A DNA stretch of 59,624 nt, the filler included. It is 5 parts of 5 records of this genome, joined end to end, with 100 filler letters (N's around TTAATTAATTAA, not from the genome) between each part and the next. Parts side by side here need not be neighbours in the genome. Positions count along the whole stretch, not along the records: positions 14,188 to 21,348 come from DRR723986_17151; positions 21,449 to 30,082 come from DRR723986_17152; 3 more parts are not named here. One strand, written 5' to 3'. Of the stretch, positions 19,420-28,530 are shown in pieces. Made by a program: the position numbers and the translations under genes. The notes below the pieces were generated by a model. It did not search any database. It had not been told where the DNA came from and saw only the letters and a program-made list of their open reading frames with translations. The number at the start of each line of letters is the position of its first letter. The stretch's first letter is position 1.

Positions 19420-20349
19420 TTACTGGCCGCTAGAACCGCCCGTGGAGGAACCCACGATACCAGCAACAGCAGCATCAACACCGGACACGATGGTACCTGT
19501 GTTAACTGCACCAAGTGCGGTGGTGGACAGGTTGCCGATCGAGCCGTTGACCTGATCCATCACGTTGTTGATGGAGCCGTTCACGCCGGTCATGTTCGAC
19601 GCGATGTTCAGCACGATTGCACCGGTGTCAGCCGAACCACCCAGCTGGTTGACAACTGCCGAGATGGCGTTTGTGCTGGAGGTCGATGCCTCATCGATGG
19701 CGGAGTTCACGCCCAGAGTGATGTCGCCGGTATTCACAGCACCAAGCGCCGTGGTGGCCATGTCGCCAAAGTCGAGCGTTGGCATGTTCCACTCGATGGC
19801 CGACACGTCGATCGACGCGATGGCTTCCTGAGTAGCGCCGTCGATGCCGTCGATCGTGTTGTTGATCGAGCCATCGATGCCCTGCAAACCAGACACCTCA
19901 ATCAGGTCAGCTTGGAAGCCGTTAGCATAGTTGCTCGTTGCGTTCGAAACAGCGTTAGCGCGATTGTTAACTGCGTTGTTGTAGTTGTTGACTGCGTTGT
20001 TGTAGGCATTTTGAGCAGCCGTGTTGGTCAGGTCCCAATCCGCCGGATCGGGTTCAGCAGGAACGGGGTTCGCCAATTCAGCAGCCGCAATAGCGTCAGC
20101 AAGACCTGCTAGATACTCAGTTTCTGAGATAACGTTGCCGTTAGGATTGCCAGTGGTCAGTTCGTTATACACCGTAACAGCAGAACCGTTACCGATGTTT
20201 TCCGCGATGTTGGCGAAGGTGCCGTTGACGGACGCCAGATTGGTGGCGTTGTCGATCTGGTCCAGAACACGTTCCAGAACCGATTGTGCCGACGCAGCGC
20301 CGCTCAGAGCGACGAGTGCGATGGCGGAAGTTGCAAGAAGCTTTTTCAT
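19420..20349 (-). CDS. Secreted Asn/Gly/Ser/Thr-rich repeat protein (candidate major fibre or anchor subunit)
   Basis: MKKLLATSAIALVALSGAASA signal peptide; two internal repeats G[IV][DN]GSINN...TTALGAVNTG; GAGGG RBS; strongly biased codons in the conserved parts. Confidence 0.85.
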   Translation of the reverse strand: MKKLLATSAIALVALSGAASAQSVLERVLDQIDNATNLASVNGTFANIAENIGNGSAVTVYNELTTGNPNGNVISETEYLAGLADAIAAAELANPVPAEPDPADWDLTNTAAQNAYNNAVNNYNNAVNNRANAVSNATSNYANGFQADLIEVSGLQGIDGSINNTIDGIDGATQEAIASIDVSAIEWNMPTLDFGDMATTALGAVNTGDITLGVNSAIDEASTSSTNAISAVVNQLGGSADTGAIVLNIASNMTGVNGSINNVMDQVNGSIGNLSTTALGAVNTGTIVSGVDAAVAGIVGSSTGGSSGQ

Positions 20350-20501
20350 GCTTTCCCTCATTTCAATTCAAGACCGGCCCCTGTCCACCAGTCCCTAGAT
20401 TGTTAAAGGGGGGGTAAGGGCCCCTTGGCTGGTGCCCTTTGACGGGCCCCCCCACTGGCTTCCCCCATCCCGGCGAAATCAGTGGAATTTCTACTCCGTG
20501 C

Positions 20502-21347
20502 TTACGGATCTGCAGCGTCCTCCTGTCCCGGATCGACTGCTGTGCTGTCTTGTTCGGCGTCCACGACCTCGTCTTGGGGCGCGGCGTCGGCCGTTTGTGT
20601 TTCCTCGGAGGATTCCTCGGGCGGAGTGAGAAGTTCATTGGCCTCTATCGTCAGCTCTAGTGCTCGCTGAACGACGATGGCTGTCGCATCTCCCCGCGGG
20701 CCGTCCATCCCAAGTTCGGCGGCACGACGCAGGGCTTGGCCAGCAAGCCGTACGAGTTGCAAAGCCTCTGCCGCCTTTTGGGCCTGGATGTCCGGCGTTG
20801 TGGATGCGATCGACTCCTCCGCTGCAGCAATCGCGCGCGCGGCAAGCACGGAGGCTTGGTTGGAAAGCTCGTTGATATGCTCTTCCACCGAGATCGCGGC
20901 ATGTTCACGCGCCTCGCCACCGTTTTGACCAGCCGCCGCTGCCGTCTGCGTGTCTTCCGCTCCGTTGGCCGCTTCTGCGGCTACCTGCAGCGCATCTCGG
21001 ATTGCCTCAGGCGATCCATTGCGATGCGGGCGACCACCGCCAGCGAATGCCGAGATGGACGATCTGCAATTCTGGTACGCGGCCTCGTTCGCAACCTGAC
21101 CAACCAGTTCGAAGGTTGCGAGGCTCAGCATCTGGCGAAGAACAAAATGCACCGCCTCGCGCTCCTGCCCACCGGCTTCAAGGCTTACCAGAGTATCGCC
21201 AAAGAACCGCCCGACACTTGCGCCGACCTCGCGTGAAAACATTTGCCGCTGTAAAGGAACACTAGCCACGATCCGGCCCGTAAGGGCATCCGTCATGGAA
21301 AGATCCAGACCGACAAGAATACGATTCTGGCGATAACTCGGGCCTAC
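20502..21347 (-). CDS. CsgG/HfaB-family outer-membrane secretion pore, 5'-truncated by the contig end, with an Ala-rich C-terminal extension
   Basis: Frame is open to the contig edge: VGPSYRQNRILVGLDLSMTDALTGRIVASVPLQRQMFSREVGASVGRFFGDTLVSLEAGGQEREAVHFVLRQMLSLATFEL, collinear with the C-terminal half of CsgG/HfaB as recalled (V.LDLR..D..T..[IV]...V..QKQI..REV.AGVF.F......E.G....EP....[LV]R..IE.A..E). Confidence 0.75.
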   Translation of the reverse strand, partial: VGPSYRQNRILVGLDLSMTDALTGRIVASVPLQRQMFSREVGASVGRFFGDTLVSLEAGGQEREAVHFVLRQMLSLATFELVGQVANEAAYQNCRSSISAFAGGGRPHRNGSPEAIRDALQVAAEAANGAEDTQTAAAAGQNGGEAREHAAISVEEHINELSNQASVLAARAIAAAEESIASTTPDIQAQKAAEALQLVRLAGQALRRAAELGMDGPRGDATAIVVQRALELTIEANELLTPPEESSEETQTADAAPQDEVVDAEQDSTAVDPGQEDAADP

Positions 21348-21348
21348 G

Positions 21349-21448
21349 NNNNNNNNNNNNNNNNNNNNNNNNNNNNNNNNNNNNNNNNNNNNTTAATTAA
21401 TTAANNNNNNNNNNNNNNNNNNNNNNNNNNNNNNNNNNNNNNNNNNNN
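21349..21448. other. Artificial contig spacer
   Basis: 44 N + TTAATTAATTAA + 44 N. Confidence 0.98.
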
Positions 21449-21605
21449 GTGGCTTGCTGTTTCCTCTTGTTTTGCACCAGGGCAGAATCCCAAATCCACA
21501 CAGCCCGCCTAAAGGCAGTCCCAATCAATTCAGAATTAACGCTCAGTGCCAAGCAAAAAACTCAAAAGGCAAGCCACCCGCAAAGCGGAGAGGCGCTGCA
21601 ATGCA
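21449..21605. repeat. Inverted doublet of the dispersed intergenic repeat
   Basis: 21451-21471 matches 29968-29988 at 20/21; GTGGCTTGC (21449-21457) is inverted at 21569-21577; 21554-21573 resembles 692-712. Confidence 0.65.
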
Positions 21606-21625
21606 AGAATGTTAATGCCAAAAAG

Positions 21626-24163
21626 TTAACGCTTGTCGCGCTGTGGGACTAGATAAAGCGAGTGGTCAAAACTGGCGTGATGTGCACGTGACATCGGAAT
21701 CGTAGCAAAACCGCCCGTACGCCAGAGCTGCATCTGATTGGCATAGTGTGGGCTGAGGGCCTGGCCGGAATTGCCGCCCGGCAGAATTGTACGTACAACC
21801 GAATCGCGCATATCCGCCACAAAACGCATGGAAGTGCCGGTTTTAACATTAAAGGGATCGTAAAAACGCCACTCGCTATTGTTAATCGTTGTAACGTTGC
21901 CGTCGGCAGGGAAGGGGCCCAGGTTAACAAGCGGCTGCATTGCAATTTGTTCGCCGAATAAATGTGGCACTTCTACGCGGTGAATTTTGCCCCAGTTCCA
22001 GGAAGGTGCGTCGTCGCTCCCCAGCGTCTCACGCAGGTCCTTAATTGCCATGCGAAAGGCGCGCCGGATTATCTCGTCGCGATGTTCGGTCTCGATCGTG
22101 CGCCGGTCGTCAAACCATGGAGAATTATCCTGTTTGGAGTACTCCAGAATTAAACGCATAGGAACATTACTGACGAAAGTAAACTTGTAATAGAGCTGTT
22201 CGCCAAGTTCATCAATAAATGTTTCGTAAACCAGACGCTCCAGGAAAACGTTAAAAATGGCTGCTGCGGCACTGCCGCTGTACATCGAAAAATCCCACTG
22301 GTCCAGCAGCGTTAGAGCCTCGCGCTCCACTTCAGTGAAGTCCATGGGGGCAAGTATTAACGTGTCTTTTAGCGCCCGGCTGATTATTGGCGTTAACTCA
22401 CGTGCATGTGGTGAGACCACATCCATTTGCATGAAACTTGCGTCGGCCGCTGTGTAGATGTCGAGCTCAGAGAGCAGCTCGTCGATGCGGCGTGCACGTG
22501 AGGACGGTTCCCAGAGTGAGCTGACGTGGAAGTCTAAGTCACGAGATGTTAAGTTGTTGGCACTGAAAACGTAGGCGCGTTCGGGGTTAAACAGGTTCGG
22601 CAGGTCGCTGGGGGGATGCATGCCACGCCAATCTTCGGCTTTGACCCAACCGCGCCCGGGGAGGTTTGGATGATTGTCGCCGCGTTTGGGAACATTGGCT
22701 GCAGGCGCAACACCCACATTGCCAGCTGTGTCCGCGTACGTGAAGTTAAGTCCGGGTGTTGTGAAAATGCTGAGTGCGCGAATAAAGCGGTCCCAGTTGC
22801 CGGCTTTTTGCATGCGGTACATCGCCAGAATCTCATCGCTCATTTCGTAGCCGGTCCAGCGGAAACTCAATGCTTTGCGGCGATAGAAAGCTGCCGCCGC
22901 AGTATCCTGCTGATTTGCCGTCATTAACAATTCGGGATGGCGAAACAGATGCGCATCCGAAATGAGCGCCGAACGTTCCGTTGAACGAATGCTGACAACT
23001 GCTGGAATTGAATCCTTAACATGTATAGTGTCTACGCGTACCTTAAACTCGGCCGTTTCGGTTTCGTTAATAAAGTAGCGGTGGCGGTTACTCGTATCCA
23101 GTTTTTCAACAAATAGATCACAGTCATCGAGCATGATATTCGTCACGCCCCAGGCGATTGCGTCATTGCGGCCAACCACCACAAATGGCAAACCCGGAAT
23201 TGTTAACCCCGCAACGTTAATCCCCGGAGATGTTAAATGCGCCTGATACCACCGTGGCGGCATCATTAGGGTCAGGTGTGGATCATTCGCCAGGATCGCA
23301 CCGCCATTGGTGCCCGCAGCCCGCACGGCCCAGGAATTACTGCCGATTGCTGTGCCGCGCAGACCATAATACTCGCGCGAATGCATCCAGCCCTCAGCAA
23401 ATCCGCCATCAAACTCAGGTGGAATGTAAGACGAACCGCGCTTGCGTGCAGCAGCGTCCAACATTGTCCCAGCCGAGAGCGCAGGTGGGGAAGTGCCGTC
23501 CGTAACCGTCGGAGCGTCGGCAGGCCAGCTGGGAACCAATTCTTCTGCAATACCCGTGCCGTAACGCGCAGCAACTTCGCCCATGGCGGCGTCGGTCCAA
23601 AATGACAGACACATTTCCCAGGACATGAGGCGCGCAAGGATCAGTGAGTGACTGCCATGCCAGGGCTCGGGTGTATATCCAAGTGCGTCGAACTCAAACG
23701 GCAGTTTGTCCTTGTGCTCATCCAGCCAGGCGTTAACACCGCGCGTATAAGCATCAAGCGCCATCCGTGAGTCGTCGCTGATGTGTTGATACAGTTTATT
23801 GGCGGTTTGTGTGAAGTTAACATGGCGTGAAAAGACGTCAACGTTAAGTGCATCACGCCCCAGAACTTCGGCGAGGCGACCCTGACCATAGCGGCGGCCC
23901 AGGTCCAACTGCCACATGCGATCCTGTGCGTGCGCGTAACCTATTCCAAAAAACAGATCCTCGTCGCTGGCGGCGATGACGTGCGGAATACCATAGCGGT
24001 TGCGGTGAATTTGTACGGAATCGCGAATGCCTTCCACGACGCTCTCACCCTCAAGGTCCGGCAGCGACTTCGTAGCCAGGTTGAGCATGAACCAGAGGCC
24101 CGTGCCAATCAGAATCAACGTAGCGAAGAGCAATCCCGCCGTGGTCGTAAAAAAACGTCGCAT
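21626..24163 (-). CDS. Penicillin acylase family (Ntn-hydrolase, peptidase S45) protein
   Basis: GIPHV, GYAHAQDRMWQLD, catalytic G-SNSWAV, ILANDPHL, FSANN; N-terminal membrane anchor. Confidence 0.93.
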   Translation of the reverse strand: MRRFFTTTAGLLFATLILIGTGLWFMLNLATKSLPDLEGESVVEGIRDSVQIHRNRYGIPHVIAASDEDLFFGIGYAHAQDRMWQLDLGRRYGQGRLAEVLGRDALNVDVFSRHVNFTQTANKLYQHISDDSRMALDAYTRGVNAWLDEHKDKLPFEFDALGYTPEPWHGSHSLILARLMSWEMCLSFWTDAAMGEVAARYGTGIAEELVPSWPADAPTVTDGTSPPALSAGTMLDAAARKRGSSYIPPEFDGGFAEGWMHSREYYGLRGTAIGSNSWAVRAAGTNGGAILANDPHLTLMMPPRWYQAHLTSPGINVAGLTIPGLPFVVVGRNDAIAWGVTNIMLDDCDLFVEKLDTSNRHRYFINETETAEFKVRVDTIHVKDSIPAVVSIRSTERSALISDAHLFRHPELLMTANQQDTAAAAFYRRKALSFRWTGYEMSDEILAMYRMQKAGNWDRFIRALSIFTTPGLNFTYADTAGNVGVAPAANVPKRGDNHPNLPGRGWVKAEDWRGMHPPSDLPNLFNPERAYVFSANNLTSRDLDFHVSSLWEPSSRARRIDELLSELDIYTAADASFMQMDVVSPHARELTPIISRALKDTLILAPMDFTEVEREALTLLDQWDFSMYSGSAAAAIFNVFLERLVYETFIDELGEQLYYKFTFVSNVPMRLILEYSKQDNSPWFDDRRTIETEHRDEIIRRAFRMAIKDLRETLGSDDAPSWNWGKIHRVEVPHLFGEQIAMQPLVNLGPFPADGNVTTINNSEWRFYDPFNVKTGTSMRFVADMRDSVVRTILPGGNSGQALSPHYANQMQLWRTGGFATIPMSRAHHASFDHSLYLVPQRDKR

Positions 24164-24203
24164 TCCGCGGTCCCTTGGTCTTTAATCAGCCACTAAAACA
24201 CGC

Positions 24204-25187
24204 TTAAAGCCAGTCGGCATCACGATAAAACTGGACGGTGGCACGAATGCCATCTTCGAGGGAATGCTGCTGCTTATAAGCAAAGTCGCGGCGTGCTTTT
24301 TCAGTTGAGCAAATCCAGTAGGGCTGCACAATGTCGCGTCCCTTCTCAAAATCCAGCACGGGCGGTTTGGAAGCAAATCGGCCAAAGAATCCCGAGATTC
24401 CGGCAATTGTTTTAACGAGCGGATGTGGCAGGCGCAGAGTCCTATAGGAATCGCGCCCCAGCGTGGCAGCCGTCAGTTCACCAATCTGTGGCCAGGTGTA
24501 GAACTCGTCGGAGCTGACGTAGTAAGTTTCGCCGATTGTATTTGGCGATTCGGCGGCTTCAATTATGCCGCGCGCCAGGTCCCCGGCGTAGACCAGGCTG
24601 ACGTATTTTTGGTCAAAGCCAATCAGCGGGACCATGCCCTTGTTGACCGTCTGGAAAAACGACAAAATGGCTGTGTCGCGCGGACCATAAACTGCCGGCG
24701 GGCGCACGATGGTAAAAGGAATATCCTTTTGGGCATGCATCACTTCTTCGGCAGCCAGTTTACTGCGTCCATAGCTGGTAATTGGCGCATTCGGCATGTC
24801 TTCAGTCATGGGTTGGTCCAGCGACTTTGCCGGACCTGCGACTGTGAGGCTGCTGACGTGCAGAAATCGCTTGAGCTTGACATTCTCAAGTCTGACGGCA
24901 TCCAGCAAATTCTGTGTCCCGTCGCGGTTGGCGCGCAGGAACTCCTCTTCACTCTTGGCGGCGGTTAAGCCGGCACAATGAATAATCAGGTCAACACCAC
25001 GAACCGCCGGCCGCAGAGATTCGGGATCGGACAGCGAGCCAACGACTTTCTGGACGTCGAGTTTTTCCAGCCAGACCAGCTTGCTGCTGGCGCGCGTCAG
25101 GCAGCGAACGGAGTATCCGCGTTGCAATAATTGTTCAGCTACGTGACTGCCAACAAAACCGGTGGCACCGGTAACCAGAGCTTGCAT
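24204..25187 (-). CDS. NAD-dependent epimerase/dehydratase (extended SDR)
   Basis: VTGATGFVG, HCAG, YGRSK, RPPAVYGP. Confidence 0.92.
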   Translation of the reverse strand: MQALVTGATGFVGSHVAEQLLQRGYSVRCLTRASSKLVWLEKLDVQKVVGSLSDPESLRPAVRGVDLIIHCAGLTAAKSEEEFLRANRDGTQNLLDAVRLENVKLKRFLHVSSLTVAGPAKSLDQPMTEDMPNAPITSYGRSKLAAEEVMHAQKDIPFTIVRPPAVYGPRDTAILSFFQTVNKGMVPLIGFDQKYVSLVYAGDLARGIIEAAESPNTIGETYYVSSDEFYTWPQIGELTAATLGRDSYRTLRLPHPLVKTIAGISGFFGRFASKPPVLDFEKGRDIVQPYWICSTEKARRDFAYKQQHSLEDGIRATVQFYRDADWL

Positions 25188-25434
25188 GGAGTGCAGTTCC
25201 TTCTTCTATTTCCCCGGGGAAGTGAATCACAGAGTGACCACAACGTGCGTGTGCGCAAAAATAGTGCGCAACGGCCACAAGAAAAAGCGCAGATGCTCAA
25301 GTACGCCGCGTGCGTCTGCCCAAAAAGTCCTATATTCGGGCTTCTGTTTTCCACGCGGATCGCTTGATTATCATGGCGTCGCCCGCTCCTTTCCAGTGTC
25401 GTTTTGTTTAATTCCTGAAAAGCGCTGTGAACAC

Positions 25435-27936
25435 ATGAAAAAAGCGGTAATTATGGCCGGTGGTTTTGGGACGCGCCTGCGCCCAATAACCAGCAACCTC
25501 CCCAAACCGATGGTTCCGATGTTGAATGTTCCGATGATGGAACACATCGTTAACCTGCTCAAACGACATCAGATCACGGACGTTCTTTCGCTGCTGTATT
25601 ATCAGCCAGAAAAAATCACAGGCTACTTTGGCTCCGGTGCTAACTTCGATGTTAACATGGAGTACAAACAGGCGCAGGCCGACTACGGTACCGCCGGTGC
25701 TGTGCGGTTCGCCGGTGATAAGCTTGACGAACGATTTATCATTATCAGTGGTGATGTTCTAACTGATTTTGATCTGACAGCTGCGCTCAAATTCCACGAC
25801 GAGCAAAAAGCTCAGGCCACGATTGTGCTGACCAAAGCACAAGTCCCGCTCCAGTTTGGAATTGTGATGACCGACGATGCCGGCCGCATTACACGCTTCC
25901 TGGAAAAACCGTCCTGGGGCGAAGTTTTTACCGACACAATCAATACCGGAATTTACATTCTTGAGCCCGAAGTGCTCGACCTGATTCCATTCAAAAAGGA
26001 ATTCGACTTCTCTAAAGACCTCTTTCCACTGATGCTGGAAAAAGGCCTGCCGCTCTATGGTTATGTTGCTGAAGGTTATTGGGCCGACGTCGGTAACCTC
26101 AACCAGTACCAGGAAGCGCATAATGACGCGCTCGCGGGCCGTGTGGAAGTCAACAACAAAGGCAAAAAACACGGCGACGCTTTTATTGCCGAGTCCGCCA
26201 AAGTTGATCCCAGCGCGCGCCTCAACGGCAATGTTCTGATCGGCGAGAACTCAGTCATCGATGCCGGCGCAGAAATCAGCAACTCAGTCATCGGCGATGG
26301 AGTCAACATCGCCGCCGGCGCACGCATCGTCAATTCCATTATCTGGAATCGTGTGCAAATCGGCGTGCAGGCTGAACTGACAGCCGATGTGATCTGCGAC
26401 GACACACGCATCGGTGATCACGTCACAATTGCCGAGAACGTCTTCGTGGCCGACGCCTGCGAAATCGGCGCATACGCGGCAATCCACTCAAATATCAAAC
26501 TCTGGCCCAACAAGCAGGTCGAACCCTATTCGATCGTTACGCGCAGCATGGTCCAGGAAGAAAAGTGGCTACGCGAGCTCTTCTCAAATGCGCGCGTAAC
26601 GGGCCTCTCCAACATTGAAATGATCCCTGAGTTCGGTGCCAAGTTCGGCGCGGCGCTGGGGAACTCTCTGGGTGCCGGCTCCACGATTGTTGCCGGGCGT
26701 GACGCAAATCCTGCTTCGCGAATGGTCAAACGCGCTATCACGACCGGGCTGATTTCAGTGGGTGTCAACGTCACAGACGTGCTTGACCTGCCGCTGCCGC
26801 TCACGCGTCAGCGCATGATGGATGGTAGCTCAGTTGGCGGTTTGCATGTGCGCCGCTCGCCACATTTGCCGAATCATATCGACATCATTCTGATGAATGC
26901 CGAAGGCCGCGACTTCAAGACCGCGCAAACCAAAAAAATTGAGCGTCTGTTTTTCGGTGAAGACATCAAACGTGTCACGCCCGACAAAATCGGGATCATC
27001 CACTATCCCGAGCGGACGCACGAAAGTTACCTGGAGCGCTTCCGCAACAAGCTCAATCTGGACGCCATCAAAAAGCGTGGTTTTAGCATTGCCGTCGATT
27101 ATTCCTTCGGAATGTCGGCTACAATCTTCCCGCGCATTCTCGGTGAACTCAACTGTTCGGCCATCGGCCTGAACTCATATGTTGATCCGGAGCGTTCAAC
27201 GCGCACGACAGAAGACATGCAGCGCGCGCAGGCCGAGTTAAAGACTCTGATGGAGTCGCTCAAACTTGAGCTTGGAATCATTATTGAGCCGGCGATCGAG
27301 AAAATCGCGCTGGTGGATTCAAGCGGAAAGTGGTACTCCTCGCAGCGTCTGGTTTCAATCGTAACCAAGCTGTTTCTGCTGACGCACACAGAGAGTGAGC
27401 CCTATAAAATTGCCGTGCCGGTCTCAGCTACGCGTGAGATTGATACGATTGCCGCTGAGCACAACGTGGAAGTTATTCGCGTCAAAAATTCGCATTCGGC
27501 AATGATGGATGCCACGCTGGAAGAAAATATGCTCTATGTGGGCGGCACACGCGCCGGCTTCATCTTTGCTGACTTCTTCTTTGCGGCCGACGCGATGTTT
27601 ACCGCCGGGAAAATCCTGGAGATGCTCGCCGTAAGTGGTAAGTCACTGGCCGAAATCGATGCCATGATTCCGGTGCGCGAACAGGTGCGTCGTGAGATTC
27701 CCTGTCCGTGGGAAGCCAAAGGCACCGTCATGCGCCAGGCAATGGAGTACAGCGAAGGCAAAGACCGCCAGCTAATTGACGGCGTCAAAGTCTTTGATGA
27801 TCAACGCTCAGTTCTGCTGCTGCCCGATCGTGAAAAAGCAATTTTCCACGTTATCGCCGAAGCCGACAGCGTTGCCCAGGCAGAAGAGTTTGCCGACGTC
27901 TATGCAGAACTCGTCAGTTCCTGGCGCGATCAGTAA
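25435..27936 (+). CDS. Mannose-1-phosphate guanylyltransferase-like nucleotidyltransferase fused to a phosphomannomutase-like domain
   Basis: MKKAVIMAGGFGTRLRPIT..PKP, FLEKP, INTGIY, YWADVG, hexapeptide beta-helix, then a four-domain PMM-like C-terminus; start trimmed to ATG 25435. Confidence 0.9.
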   Translation: MKKAVIMAGGFGTRLRPITSNLPKPMVPMLNVPMMEHIVNLLKRHQITDVLSLLYYQPEKITGYFGSGANFDVNMEYKQAQADYGTAGAVRFAGDKLDERFIIISGDVLTDFDLTAALKFHDEQKAQATIVLTKAQVPLQFGIVMTDDAGRITRFLEKPSWGEVFTDTINTGIYILEPEVLDLIPFKKEFDFSKDLFPLMLEKGLPLYGYVAEGYWADVGNLNQYQEAHNDALAGRVEVNNKGKKHGDAFIAESAKVDPSARLNGNVLIGENSVIDAGAEISNSVIGDGVNIAAGARIVNSIIWNRVQIGVQAELTADVICDDTRIGDHVTIAENVFVADACEIGAYAAIHSNIKLWPNKQVEPYSIVTRSMVQEEKWLRELFSNARVTGLSNIEMIPEFGAKFGAALGNSLGAGSTIVAGRDANPASRMVKRAITTGLISVGVNVTDVLDLPLPLTRQRMMDGSSVGGLHVRRSPHLPNHIDIILMNAEGRDFKTAQTKKIERLFFGEDIKRVTPDKIGIIHYPERTHESYLERFRNKLNLDAIKKRGFSIAVDYSFGMSATIFPRILGELNCSAIGLNSYVDPERSTRTTEDMQRAQAELKTLMESLKLELGIIIEPAIEKIALVDSSGKWYSSQRLVSIVTKLFLLTHTESEPYKIAVPVSATREIDTIAAEHNVEVIRVKNSHSAMMDATLEENMLYVGGTRAGFIFADFFFAADAMFTAGKILEMLAVSGKSLAEIDAMIPVREQVRREIPCPWEAKGTVMRQAMEYSEGKDRQLIDGVKVFDDQRSVLLLPDREKAIFHVIAEADSVAQAEEFADVYAELVSSWRDQ

Positions 27937-28012
27937 AGCGACCAATAATTGGCTGCCGTGACCGTCGTCGCGGCATGGAATTTCTTGAATCGAAATTGGC
28001 GCCAAGGACCAT

Positions 28013-28483
28013 ATGCGGATTGCAGATGCCCTCCATACTGAGTCGATCGACACAAACGTCGAACTCGGCAGCAAACGCGATGTCCTGCTGCACCTGGTTG
28101 ACCTGATCGGCAAAGCCGGCGTCGTCAAAGACCTGGAAACAGTCCGCGACGTCATCTTCAAACGCGAAGCGATCATGTCTACAGGCGTCGGGCAGGGTTT
28201 TGCCGTACCGCATGCCAAAACCAACGCAGTTACGACTACGTCGGCCGCTTTGCTCACTCTTAGCAAACCGGTCGACTATCAGTCGCTGGACAACCAACCG
28301 GTCGAGATTGTGATCATGCTCGTCGGTCCGGAAGACTCCTTCAGCGCGCATCTGCGCTTGCTTTCGCGTATCTCGCGGCTCATGACGGACTCTGAGTTCC
28401 GGTCCAAACTGGCTCAGGCCGGCAACGCCGCCGACTTACATGCCGTCATCGATTCTGAAGAATCACGCAAACTCGATACCTGA
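28013..28483 (+). CDS. PTS EIIA component (fructose/Ntr type)
   Basis: REAIMSTGVGQGFAVPHAK with the phospho-His; HLRLLSRISRL. Confidence 0.92.
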   Translation: MRIADALHTESIDTNVELGSKRDVLLHLVDLIGKAGVVKDLETVRDVIFKREAIMSTGVGQGFAVPHAKTNAVTTTSAALLTLSKPVDYQSLDNQPVEIVIMLVGPEDSFSAHLRLLSRISRLMTDSEFRSKLAQAGNAADLHAVIDSEESRKLDT

Positions 28484-28530
28484 TATTACTGCATTTCTCT
28501 CTTCTCTGCCTGTACCAGGACAACACAACA

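Noticed and set aside
19420-20349. Calling the secreted proteins curlin (csgA/csgB), FapC or HfaA/HfaD
   Set aside because: No CsgA Q-x-G-x-x-N repeat ladder; similarity to HfaA/HfaD is limited to a short recalled motif, so no gene symbol is given
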